Below are positions 51,154-63,640 of a stretch of DNA of 64,000 nucleotides, piece by piece. A model generated the notes under the pieces. It saw only the letters and a list, made by a program, of their open reading frames with translations, searched no databases and was not told the origin of the DNA. This DNA is from Eledone cirrhosa. Lineage: Eukaryota. Numbering within the stretch: position 1 is the first letter of the stretch; each line of letters opens with the position of its first letter. The position numbers and the translations under genes were made by a program. Where the stretch lies: positions 365,676,001-365,740,000 of the forward strand of contig OZ024740.1 in assembly GCA_964016885.1 (NCBI GenBank), read 5' to 3'.

Positions 51154-51163
51154 GTATATATAT

Positions 51164-52350
51164 GTCCCTTCCGGGAAATGGCCATGCTGAGCGTGTAGGA
51201 AAGGCGTAGGTAGAAACTCCATTTTATGTCCCAAATGCAATGTATGGGTGCATAAAAGATGTAGTGGGATCACAGGTAAGCTAACTAAGAACATAGATTT
51301 TACATGTGGCCGGTGCTCTGGTGCAATAAGTAGCAGCAAGTGCCCACTAAATACTAGCTCTTTCAATTGCGCAGAGGGTTCTATAGAAATAGTGGACAGC
51401 TTCCGTTACCTGGGTGACAAAGTCAGCAGTGGGGGAGGGTGCTCTGAAAGTACAGTAGCTAGAGTCAGAACTGGATGGAAAAAGTTCAGAGAGCTTATAC
51501 CACTATTAGCCGCTAAAGGTTTCTCCCTAAAAATGAAAGGCAGGTTGTATGATGCCTGCATACGAACAGCAATGTTGCATGGCAGTGAGACCTGGGCATT
51601 GTGTGCAGAGGATATACGCAGACTAGAGAGGAACGAAGCTTGCATGCTCCACTGGATGTGTAATAGTAATATACGTGAACGGCAAAGCATAAACGAACTA
51701 AGGAAAAAATTAGAAATAAGAGGGATCAGATGTTGTTTACTCGAGAGAAGGCTACGTTGGTATGGTCACGTGATGCGCATGAAAGACGATAGCTGTATAA
51801 AAAAGTGCAGGGCAATAAAGATAGACGGTAGCCACGGAGTAGGTAGATCCAGAAAAACCTGGGACGACTTGATAAATTCCGACCTCACACACTTACACCT
51901 CTCCAAGACAATGTCACTGGACCGAGATCTTTGGCGGTACTCAGTAATAGAGAAGACTCGCCTTGCCTAAATACAAAGTAAACCTACTACAGTCAGTAGG
52001 CATCTCTAACAAAATATGCCCCCGTCACACCTTCCCCACCCCATCCACACCGCCTCTTTCTATGTAAAGTTATGTTGGTGCCACAACATCCAGGCCGAAA
52101 CAAATGAGATCGTGTAGGTGTCACGACAAAAAAACACAGTCCACGCTGTAATGTGGCCGTGTAGGCAACACGGTAAAAACCTCCCAGTCCCACACTGTAA
52201 ATGTGGTTGGTGTTAGGAAGGGCATCCAGCTGTAGAAAACCCGCCAGACAGTCCTATGCGAGCAAGACAACCACTCTTGCCTCAAGTGGGAAAACTCCCG
52301 TCCAAACCCATACAAGCGTGGAACACGGACGTTAAATGATGATGATGATG
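51164..52350 (+). mobile_element. RTE-clade LINE 3' fragment, same family
   Basis: Near-identical protein (ORF 51248-51970), 3'UTR and (ATG)n tail. Confidence 0.93.
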
Positions 52351-52590
52351 TATATGTGTATATGTATATGTATATGTGTATATATATATGTGCATATATA
52401 TATGTGCATATATATATATGTGTATATATGTGTCTGTATATATGTGTGTATATATGTGTGTATATATGTGTGTATATATGTGTGTGTATATATGTGTGTG
52501 TATATATGTGCGTGTATATATATGTGTGTATATATGTGTGTGTATATATATCTGTACATATATATATATGTGTATATATATATATATGTG

Positions 52591-52638
<48 letters not shown>

Positions 52639-52650
52639 CATATATATATA

Positions 52651-53228
52651 ATAGAACTTAGAAGGCCAAGACTAAACAGAAAGAATGAATGGAATAACAA
52701 CAACACCCAAACAAACAACACTGACCTAAGAGAAGTATAAATAAATAAATAAATAAATACATACACAAGCACAATAACAACAAACACATATAAACACACA
52801 CTAGCAAAGATAGAATACATAGAATACATAGAATACAATCACGAACACACATCAAACAAAACACTATACACACACGCAAATGCATGCGCAAAGAAGACAA
52901 AATAAAATAAACAAACAAACAAATAAATAAATAAATATATAGACAGACTAAATAAAAATGGCGTAGACATACAATGTAACGGCAGGAAACAATAGCACCA
53001 CTGACGATGTTGCAGATGTGCAACGAATAAACTTTGATAAACTATATATATGTGTTTGTGTCTATATTATTTTTGACCATTGGTCAGTCAATGGCAACAT
53101 TGAGGTCCGAATAAATTAGATTACCGATATTAAAGACACAGAAGCGAAAATCAACCAAACAGTGAGTGTGTTCTGTTATTAATTCTGGCAATATTACACA
53201 AATATGACCCTCCCCAAGTATAACAATA
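52651..53228 (+). mobile_element. PLE 3' fragment (same family as 56243-57580) with a decayed hammerhead
   Basis: [21 protein letters not shown] end. CTGACGA at 53001, with GAAA changed to GAAT. Same terminus AAGTATAACAAT. Confidence 0.85.
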
Positions 53229-53293
53229 TTTGTTTCAACACACGATTTCATATAAAAAACCTCGCAAAACTAATTCATCGCCGTTATATATAT

Positions 53294-53480
53294 GGCGGTG
53301 GATTGGCAGTATCGGTAGAGGGTCGGACGCCATGCTTTCCAGCTTAGTTACGTCCCTTTACGATCTGAGTTCAAATCCAGCCGAGGTTGACTTTGCCTTT
53401 CATCCTTACGGGGTCGATAAAATAAAGTACCAGTAATGTACTGGGTATTTGCTGGCCTTGTGCCAAAAGTAGAAACAGTT
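53294..53480 (+). mobile_element. tRNA-derived SINE, family 1
   Basis: A-box-like TGGCAGTATCGG, B-box GTTCAAATC, body GGTTGACTTTGCCTTTCATCC...GGTCGATAAAATAAAGTACC. Second copy in the window. Confidence 0.85.
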
Positions 53481-53502
53481 ATATATATATACTTTTATAT
53501 AT

Positions 53503-53828
53503 GGACGCACATGGCTTAGTGGTTAGAGCATTGGCCTTGCAATCGAAAGGTTGTGAGTTCAATTCTCAGACCAGGTGATGTGTTGTTTCCTTGAGCAAGA
53601 CACTTTATTTCATATTGCTCCAGTTTACTCAGCTGTAGAAATGAGATGATAGGGACTGGGGTTCCTATCATTCCACTGCAAAGTGGTCGTGTAGGTGCCA
53701 CGGCAAAAAAGCACCCAGCACTCACTGTAAATGAAGTTGGTGTTAGGAAGGGCATCCAGCTGTAGAAATCAAGCCAGAATCAGTTCCTGTTCCATCCACA
53801 CTTGCAAGCAGGGAAAAGTGGACTTAAA

Positions 53829-53863
<35 letters not shown>
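53503..53863 (+). mobile_element. tRNA-derived SINE, family 2, with an RTE-derived 3' tail
   Basis: A-box TGGCTTAGTGG, B-box GTTCAATTC, central CCTTGAGCAAGACACTT. 3' part matches the RTE 3'UTR and ends in (ATG)n. Confidence 0.85.
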
Positions 53864-53892
53864 ATATATACATATATATATATATATACATA

Positions 53893-53957
<65 letters not shown>

Positions 53958-53958
<1 letters not shown>

Positions 53959-54670
53959 TATAATGTATAAGTATACATATGTAGAAGTTCTATTTAAATT
54001 GTTGGGATACAACAAGCAAATATTTTTATAACTGATATAAAGTACACAACAAATTATTGGAGTAAAAATACGATATATTAACAAATGGAAACTATATTTA
54101 TAAAACCATATTTATTTCATTATACATGGACTAAACATTTAATCATATTTAAACACTGGTTAAAATTCATTTTCCATTCACGAGTATTTTCCATTCACGC
54201 TTATTTACTTATTTACTTTACTCATCCAAAAATATTTATTTTTTCACTTCATCTTAAAAGTTATGCTAATACAACAACCTATCGCTTAGAGCTTTCTCTT
54301 TCTCTTTCCTCTTCTCTTTCTCTCTTTCTCTTTTTCTTGTTTTCTTATTTTCCTCTTAAAGCTGCTTTTTTCTTTTTTCTCTTTCCCTCTCTCCATACCC
54401 CAACGGCTTATTTTAAATCTACTGTGATTTAAAAATATCCAACACTAATTTGCATAATAGTATAAATAAATTTATAACCTCACTACCCGAGAGCTTCCAT
54501 CAGAAATGGTCGCATTCTTTAAGGGTATGTCAATATTTATTTATAAAACTGATCTATATAATATTTTATATGATGAAAGCACACCATAATTTAACTTGGT
54601 GTCCTTGAATTATGTATAATGAAATAAATATGGTTTTATAAATATAGTTTCCATTTGTTAATATATCGTA

Positions 54671-54672
<2 letters not shown>
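53958..54672. repeat. Unclassified AT-rich element with a ~61-bp inverted repeat
   Basis: 54067-54128 mirrors 54613-54672. Hammerhead-like ATGATGA-stem-GAA near 54570-54610 is cut at the junction. Confidence 0.45.
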
Positions 54673-54751
<79 letters not shown>

Positions 54752-54902
54752 TGTATACATACATATATACATATATATATATATGTATATATATTTATAT
54801 ACATATATACATACATATATACATATATATATATATACATATGTATATATATATATATACATATGTATATATATATATATACATATATACATATATATAT
54901 AC

Positions 54903-54949
<47 letters not shown>

Positions 54950-54952
54950 CAC

Positions 54953-55001
<49 letters not shown>

Positions 55002-55004
55002 CAC

Positions 55005-55067
<63 letters not shown>

Positions 55068-55068
55068 C

Positions 55069-55111
<43 letters not shown>

Positions 55112-55112
55112 T

Positions 55113-55966
55113 ATCATCATCATCATCATCATCATCATCATCGTTTAACGTCCATTTTCCACGCGAGCATGGGTCTGGACTGGAATTGTCCCACTTGAGG
55201 CAAGATTGGTTGTCTTGCTCAGGACTGTCTGGCAGGTTTCCTACGGCTGGATGCCCTTCCTAACACCAACCACGTTTACAGTGTGGACTGGGAAGTTTTT
55301 ACCGTGTTACCTACACGGCCACATTACAGCGTGGACTGTGTGTTTTTTTGTTGTGACACCTACACGACCTCATTTGTTTCGGACTGGATGGTGTGGTACA
55401 AACATAACTTCACATTTAAGGGGGTGGTGTGGATGGGGTGGGGGTAATGGGATGGGGGTGTATTTTGTTAGAGGTGCCTACTGACTGTAGGTCTCGCTTT
55501 GTACTTAGGCACAGCCCGTCTTCTGTATTACTGTGTAGCGCCAAAGATCTCGGTCCAGTGACATTGTCTTGGAGAGGTGTAAGTGTGTGAGGTCGGAATT
55601 TATCAAGTCGTCCCAGGTTTTTCTGGGTCTGCCTACTCCGTGGCTACCGTCTATTTTTATCGCCCTGCACTCTTTTATACAGCTGTCGTCTTTCATGCAC
55701 ATCACGTGACCATACCAGCGTAGTCTTCTCTTGAGTAAACAGCATCTGAACCCTCTTATACCTAATTTCTCCCTTAGTTCGTTTATGCTTTGCCGTTCAC
55801 GTATATTACTATTACATATCCAGCAGAGCATGCAAGCTTCGTTTCTCTCCAGTCTGCGTATATCCTCTGCACACAATGCCCAGGTCTCACTGCCATGTAA
55901 GATTGCTGTTCGTATGCAGGTATCATACAGCCTGCCTTTCATTTTTAGAGAGAACCCTTTAGCGGC
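55113..55966 (-). mobile_element. RTE-clade LINE 3' fragment, same family as 49388
   Basis: [15 protein letters not shown]...GRPRKTW, 3'UTR, (ATG)n tail. Confidence 0.92.
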
Positions 55967-55991
55967 CATATATATATACATATATATATAT

Positions 55992-56098
<107 letters not shown>

Positions 56099-56242
56099 CA
56101 TATAAATATATATATATACATACATATATATATATATATATACATATATATACATATATATATACATATATATACATATATATATATATACACATATATA
56201 TATATATATATGTATACATATATATATATATATATATACATA

Positions 56243-57580
56243 TATTGTTATACTTGGGGAGGGTCATATTTGTGTAATATTGCCAGAATTAATAACAGAA
56301 CACACTCACTGTTTGGTTGGTTTTCGCTTCTCGCTTCTGTGTCTTTTATATCGGTAATCTAATATACTCGGTCCTCAATGTTGCCATTGACTGACTGGCG
56401 GTCAAAAATAATACAGATACAATATAGACACAAACACATATATATAGTTTATCATAAATCTTTCGTTGCACATCTGCAACATCGTCAGTGGTGCTACATT
56501 TTCCTCCTGTTGTATTGTATGTCTACGCCATTTTTATTCAGTCTGTCTATATATTTATTTATTTATTTGCTTGTTTGTTTATTTTATTTTGTCTTCTTTG
56601 CGTATGCGTTTGCGTGTGTGTATAGTGTTTTGTTTGCTGTGTGATGGGTGACTGGTGTGTGTTTATGTGCTTGTTGTTATTGTGCTTGTGTATGTATTTA
56701 TTTATTTATTTATTTATTTATTTATTTTATTTTATTTACTTATTTATACTTCTCTTAGGTCAGTGTTATTTGTTTGGGTGTTGTTGTTATTCCATTCATT
56801 CTTTCTGTTTAGCCTTGGTCTTCTAATTTCTATTTCACTGGCCTCTCTGATTTGCCTATCTGCTGGGTCATTTCTATGTTTAGATATTATTCTAATTTCT
56901 ATGTTGTCTATGTTACCGTCATGTTGTTGTCTAGCATGTTCGTATAGTACTGACCCGTTTTTTCGTCCTTTTAGTTCCCCCCAGTGTTGGTCTATCCTTT
57001 CTCCTATGCTACGAGCTGTCTCACCTATGTATGTTGTTGTCATGTTTCTGCAAGTACCCTCTGTACATCTTATGATATAGACTACGTTTCTAGTTTTACA
57101 GTTTATCCGGGGGTTCACCTTACATATGATGCATTTCCTATTGGTACAGTGAGTTTTCTTAAAATGGTAGGTTTTGCTGATCAGGGATTTTATGGTGGTT
57201 CCTGGCTTTTCTACCACCTTTATTTTTAAGTGGGTCTTTCTCAGGGCCTTTCTACACTGTTTAGCTAATTTCCCTCCAGGGGTAGCGTCCACAAACATGA
57301 CACTCTGGTATCTCTGGTTGTCGTACCTATCTTATGTCTAGCCCTATCTAAGCTATTCCATGATTTGCTCCTGTATAATGGGCAAATTCCCTTCATGTCC
57401 AGTTCTATGAGGGTCTTATACTTCTCCATAGCTCCTTCGTATACTCTGATTCTGTCTCTTTGGTTGTAGCCAGAGAACTGCATGCGGTTGATGAAGTATT
57501 GGATGTGTCTTTCCATTTCTGAAAGCAACTGGTGCGTGTGTTTCTTATTGGCAACATGACCCTCCCAAAGTATAACAATA
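56243..57580 (-). mobile_element. 5'-truncated Penelope-like element (RT C-terminus/linker plus GIY-YIG) with a 26-bp inverted terminal copy
   Basis: RMQFSGY, VMFVDATPGG, C..C..C, NVVY...YIGETARS..ER..QH, RQIREA, LNRKNEW. Frameshift near 57300. 57555-57580 mirrors 56243-56268. Confidence 0.88.
56452..56491 (-). ncRNA. Minimal hammerhead ribozyme in the PLE 3' region
   Basis: CA-CTGACGA-tGTTGCA gatg TGCAAC-GAAA-GATT-TA-TG. Stems I and III are weak. Confidence 0.65.
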
Positions 57581-57595
57581 TATATATATATATAT

Positions 57596-57644
<49 letters not shown>

Positions 57645-57700
57645 ATTATATATATATTTATATATATATATATATATCTATATATATTATATATATATAT

Positions 57701-57733
<33 letters not shown>

Positions 57734-57933
57734 ATATATATATATATATTATATATATATATATATATTATATATATATATATTATATATATATATATAT
57801 TATATATATATATATATATTATATGTATATATATATATTATATATATATATATATATATTATATGTATATATATATATTATATATATATATATATATATA
57901 CACTTATATATATACACATATATATATATAGAT

Positions 57934-58014
<81 letters not shown>

Positions 58015-58027
58015 TATATAGATACAC

Positions 58028-58060
<33 letters not shown>

Positions 58061-58067
58061 TATATAT

Positions 58068-58124
<57 letters not shown>

Positions 58125-58313
58125 CACTTATATATATACACACACTTACATATATATATATATATACACATATATATATATATATACACATATATATATA
58201 TATATACACATATATATATATATATACACATATATATATATATATACACATATATATATATATATACACATATATATATATATATATACACACATATATA
58301 TATATATATACAC

Positions 58314-58346
<33 letters not shown>

Positions 58347-58360
58347 TACACATATATATA
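57581..58360. repeat. Interrupted (TA)n microsatellite
   Basis: Direct reading. Confidence 0.97.
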
Positions 58361-58542
58361 TATCTATCTAAGGCGGGTAAAATTCCCGAGATCCATGGAC
58401 GAGCTCTCTCCAGCGGTCTCTGTCCCTCATTATCGCTGCCATGTCCTGCGTCTCCAACAGACCAGTGTCTGTCCTTAGGGCATCAACATATGTTAACCTT
58501 GGTCTTCCTCTTCCAGTGTGTCCATGTAGGGGCTCCCAAAGG
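58361..58542 (-). mobile_element. RTE-X-like LINE extreme 3' fragment (family of 34522-36950)
   Basis: [20 protein letters not shown]...REFYPP* followed by a TAGA tail. Confidence 0.9.
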
Positions 58543-58635
58543 TATATATATATATATATATATACACATATATATATATATACACATATATATATATATA
58601 TATACACATATATATATATATATACACACATATAT

Positions 58636-59022
58636 ATCATCATCATCATCATCATCATCATCATCGTTTAACGTCCATGTTCCACGCTTGCATGGGTTTG
58701 GACGTGAGTTTTCCCACTTGAGGCAAGAGTGGTTGTCTTGCTCGCATAGGACTGTCTGGCGGGTCATCTCTATTACTGAGTACCGCCAAAGATCTCGGTC
58801 CAGTAACATTATCTTGCAGAGGTGTAAGTGTGTGAGGTCGGAATTTATCAAGTCGTCCCAGGTTTTTCTGGGTCTGCCTACTCCGTGGCTACCGTCTATT
58901 TTTATTGCCCTGCACTTTTTTTATACAGCTGTTGTCTTTCATGCGCATCACGTGACCATACCAACGTAGCCTTCTCTCGAGTAAACAACATCTGATCCCT
59001 CTTATTTCTAATTTTTCCCTTA
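58636..59022 (-). mobile_element. RTE-clade LINE 3' fragment with an internal deletion
   Basis: ORF end joined directly to the distal 3'UTR near 58762; (ATG)n tail. Confidence 0.88.
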
Positions 59023-59049
59023 TACATATATATATATATATACTTATAG

Positions 59050-60873
59050 TCTTTTACTCTTTTACCTGTTTCAGCCATCCGGCTGAGGCCATGGTGGGGC
59101 ACCACCCTTGTTGCTACACATTTTATCTCCAGCCTGTATAGGGTGGCCACTGGTGTAAGAGGGAGTTTGTTGCTGCTGCTCTTAGGTTTCCCTCGTGCCT
59201 TGCTGTGGGCTCATCCGGGATCCTGGATAACAAGGTGTCGAGATGTTTCTTGAAGACATCCACCTCCACGTCATGCAAATCTCTCAGATCCCTCGGCAGC
59301 TTGTTGAAGAGTTGAATCCCAGGCTATTGCAATACCTGCTCCTTATTCTAGATGTGGAAGATGGGACCTTTGGCACCACACAGTGACGTCCTGTTCGACG
59401 GTTGGTCCAGCTCCCAATGTCAAAGTTTGGTGCTAGTCCCTCCAGGATTTTCCACATGTAGATCACTGCGTATCTCTCCCGTCTTCGTTCCAAGGAGTAG
59501 AGGTTCAGTTCCTTTAGCCCCTACCAGTAGCTTGTCTCCTTCATAGTGGCAATCCTCTTGGTGTAGCTTCGCTGGATTGCCTCAAGCTCCGTGGTTAGTT
59601 TGACACTATGGGGTGACTACAACTGGGAGCAGTAGTCCAGGCGGCTTATGACAAATGTCCTCCATAGTGTCAACATGGTGTCTCGGTCTCGTGTCCGGAA
59701 AGTCCTCAAGATCCAGCCAGCGAGTTGTCTGCACATTGTCATCACTTTCATGATGTGTGAGGAAAAAGATGCATCATCGCTCATGTCTATGCCCAGGTCT
59801 CGTATCGATTTTGACACAGGGATATCGGACCCTCCTGGTCCTGTGTAGTTGTGTTGTACTATATTTGTGTTTGCAGGTTTGTTTGGAGGTTTGTATTGTA
59901 GGGCTTGGAATTTGCCAGCATTAAACTGCATGTTGTTTTCTTCCGCCCATTTGTATATGGCATCCAGATCTTGTTGTAAAAGGGCGTCAGCCGGGTTTTT
60001 GATTGCCTGTGCTACCTTAGTGTCATCAGCATAGCTAGTGAGGGATGTTGTTGTATGTACTACAGAGGGCATGTCTGAGAGAGCCATCAAAAACAGTAGT
60101 GGTTCCAGGACTGTCCCCTGGGGCACCCCACTTGTTAGTGGTGTTTCCTTTGAGAGAGCCCCATTTGCTGCAACTGTCTGGCTTCTGTCCTTTAGGAAGT
60201 CATGCAGCCACTCACCTACTTTTCCAGTTATGCTGAGTCCGTGTAGTTTGTGACATATCATTCCGTGGTCGACCTTGTCAAAGGCCTTCGCAAAGTCAAG
60301 ATATATCACGTCCACATGTGAGCTGTCTAGTAGTTGTTTCAGTACCCAGTCGTAGTGATCTAGCAGTTGAGTAAGGCAGCTTCTTACTGGGCGGAAGCCA
60401 TGTTGCGTGCTAGTCAGGCGGTCATTTTCCTCGAGGAAAGTGATCAGTTTCTTTCTGACGACTCGCTCCATGACCTTACTGATATGCGACGTCAGGGAGA
60501 CTGACCTATAGTTTTTGGCCTCCGCTCTACTACCGCCTTTATGGATAGGGCATATTGTGCCTTCTTTCAGCTCCCTGGGTAGTACACCGCTAGCCAAGGA
60601 GCTTCTGAAGAGCATCTTCAGTGGAGTTGCTAAGGCCCGCTTATATGTTTTTAAGAGAACTGCTGGGAATCCATCAGGTCAGGCAGCTGAGTCTGTTCTA
60701 ATTTCATCTATGGCGTACACCACATCCTCCTCCGTTATGTCTATGCGGTTGATGGTCGCCATTTCTTCATGTAGTGTTGTGGCATCAAAGAACTCCTCTG
60801 GCTTCGTTATTTGCATGTGCCTCAGTGGACATGTGAACACACTTTTGTACTGTTCATTCAGTATTTCACATAT
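59050..60873 (-). pseudogene. CR1-group LINE, copy 3; 5'-truncated and more decayed
   Basis: RT ORF 59617-60615 plus downstream pieces; same 3' tail. Confidence 0.93.
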
Positions 60874-61179
60874 GTTGGGAGGTACATTCCTCACTAAGGA
60901 AGGCTTTTGTGTTTACGACTGTCCATCTGTCACGTCCTCTGATGAGGATAAAATCTATCTGACTAGAATGCTCCCCTGATCTAAAGGTGATCAGGTGGTT
61001 GTCAGGTTTTTTGAAGTTTGTGTTACATATCGACATGTCATTGGCGTCGCAGAATTCTAGAAGTCTGAATCTTTCTTCATTTCTTGTGCAACCCCATGGC
61101 CTTCATGGACTCTATTGAAGCCGTCACAGTCTTTACCTACGTGTCCGTTAAAATATCCTGCGATGATTAGGAAGTCATG
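60874..61179 (-). pseudogene. RTE-clade APE endonuclease fragment
   Basis: Manual translation: FLIIAGYFNGHVG...LLEFCDAND..ICNTNFKK..NHLITFRSGEHSSQIDFIL, similar to 41690-41985. Confidence 0.8.
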
Positions 61180-62329
61180 AATAATTTTGAACCTCCAAAT
61201 TTGTAGAAGAGACACAGAGTTCTTCTTGGAATCCGTGCCGGGAGGACAAATAAGGAAATTTCAGACTGCGTCAGCAGGAGAATGGTGGAAAGGTCAAAAA
61301 GGAATTGGAAGATTCAGGATTCGATAAACGAAGCAACATCAGAGAGGAAAACACATGATCGACGATCTGACGCCTTCAGAATGCCCAAGTTCATCGCTGA
61401 AGTTCAGGATATCATCAACAATGAACCTAGCAAGTCGATGCGTGCCATTGCAAGGGAGAAAGGCGTGGATGAAAAGCTCATTAGGCTGGTGGTACATGAA
61501 GACATTCGCTACATTTCATATTAGATGAGGAAAGGACAATTTCTGTCAAAGGCGATGCAAGAAAAGCGACTGAAGCACGCAAAGAAGCTGATGAACAAAT
61601 TGAAACACCCACTGGAGTCAGACATGCTGGGGTTTTTCTCTGACGAGAAAAACTTCTGCCAAGACCAGAAGATCAACTCCCAGAACAACAGGTGGCTCGC
61701 TGTCTCATCCAAAGACGTGCCCAGAATCATGCATACAAAGTTTCCAGCGACAACATTGGTCTTGGGTGTCGTCATGCCACTTCACTTCTTCCCTGGCCTC
61801 AAGCTGAACACCGATGGCTACATCCGTGTTCTGAGCGAGGTAGTAAAGCCCTGGATCGACCAGGTAGCTGCAGGTAGGCCGTACGTGCGGCAGCAAGACT
61901 CAGCGCCCTGCCATACCAGCCAAAAGACCCAAGCCTGGCTGTTAGAGAACTTCGTCGACCACACTTCACCTGACATCTGGCCTTCCAACTCGCCTGACTG
62001 CAACCCCCTCGACTTCTTTGTGCGGGGCGGAGTGGAACGAGACACCAACAGATCTAGCTGCAATACGAAAGACGATCTGAAGGCCAGGATCACAAGTGCC
62101 TTTAGGGGCCTAAGTCGGGGGACAGTGACGAAGGCCTGTAGCGGGTTCCAAGGCCGCCTTGAGGCCATCATCAAAGCCAATGGTGGGTTTATTGAGTGAG
62201 ATCGAAAGAACAAGTCATGAAGACAAAGACAAACTGACCCAAGTTTGATAAATATATCTTAAAAAATAAAACTACTGTGTTATTTTTTCCTAGACAGTAA
62301 TCTTGCAAACAAATATCGTCCGCACCCTG
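61177..62329 (+). mobile_element. Tc1/mariner superfamily DD37D (maT) transposon; transposase pseudogene, left TIR missing
   Basis: One frame 61177-62199 with two TAG stops. FSDEK, QQDSAP...NPLD with 37 residues between the 2nd and 3rd D. Ends ...GCACCCTG followed by TA. Confidence 0.88.
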
Positions 62330-62344
62330 TATATATATGTATAT

Positions 62345-62390
<46 letters not shown>

Positions 62391-63237
62391 CTGTTAGACA
62401 CGCAGTGACTAACAACAGAATGTTTTAAGTCTGCGTGTTCTGACATATAGGCGTAGCTTGTGAATAAAAAATTCAAGGGGTTTCGCTGGCCGTGGTGATC
62501 CCTGCCAAACATCTTTTGTAATGTATCGTTTTATTGGCTAATTTCATCATCTTATTGGCTAATCAACCAATGAGAGTAGTTGTTGCTCAAAAGCCTCCGC
62601 CACTTTGTTTGCACGTTTATTTATCGTTTCGCTTTTGAATCTTCTTCCTGTATTTCCTCGTTTAACAACAAAATATTTTTCTCGTTTTGGTAAGTAATAT
62701 TGTTAATTTATATATGATTTTTAAAATTTATATTAACTATTTTTTTTTCAATTCGTTACAACATGCTTATAATATTGGTTGTATCATATTTACTTGTATA
62801 TTTGTCCATATTATTGTTTGTTTTATGTTAGATTATTTTATTATTATTATGTTAGATTATTTTTTTTATTATTATGTTAGACTATTTGTATGTAATATTT
62901 AATTTTTATTCAACTATAACAATTATTATGTAAAATATATTTATTTAATATTGATTGTTTTTTATACATCTTACAATAATATTTATAAGATCATTTATAA
63001 AATAACAATTATATAATCTAATTACATTACAACGATAATTTATTATTAATATATATCATGTTTAACTAGAGTTATTACAAGCGTTGCCTTAAAAAAATAT
63101 TAAACTAGGCTTGAAAAATGCGCAAGCTCAAAAGAGCCACAGAATGTTATAATAAACCTTCAAAAGTGTGGGACTAGAGTTGTTGCTCAAAAATATTGTA
63201 ATCATTACCTATCGTACACTCTGTGGTATCCTTTTAT

Positions 63238-63414
63238 AAAAAGGAGACTCATAACAAATTCATGACGACACGATAATTATTGAAGTGAATTTATAATATA
63301 GAATTCGGTTTAAGTGCATTTCGTATTAATCATTACTAAACATCTAATATGAGATATTGAACATTAGCTTAAATAATTAATGTGTCGTCTTGAGTTCATT
63401 ATGAGTCTCTTTTT
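63238..63414. repeat. MITE-like imperfect inverted repeat (~33-bp arms)
   Basis: AAAAAGGAGACTCATAA...GACGACAC pairs with GTGTCGTC...TTATGAGTCTCTTTTT. Confidence 0.45.
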
Positions 63415-63612
63415 GAACAAAAGGGCAACGATGGTTGCTAAACACTGTACGGCTTAATTCGGGATGTTTGTTTACAAAGACACCGAGCATTATAATAAAT
63501 CTTCAGCAAATCCATACGTATATATATATATGTGTGTGCATGTATGTATATATATATACATACTACTGTACGTCTGTATACATATATGTATGTACGTATA
63601 CATACTTATATT
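63414..63612 (+). repeat. Diverged 3' fragment of the 42.7-kb hammerhead element
   Basis: TTGAACAAAA..GGTTGC..AACAC and TACTGTACGTCTGTATACATATATGTATGTACGTATACATAC match the 42691-42951 minus strand. Confidence 0.65.
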
Positions 63613-63640
63613 TATATATATATATATATATATATACATA

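Noticed and set aside
49388-52350. Head-to-head RTE pair as a single twin-primed inversion or a large inverted duplication
   Set aside because: The copies overlap in content, each has its own 3' tail, and they differ at many sites; simpler as independent insertions
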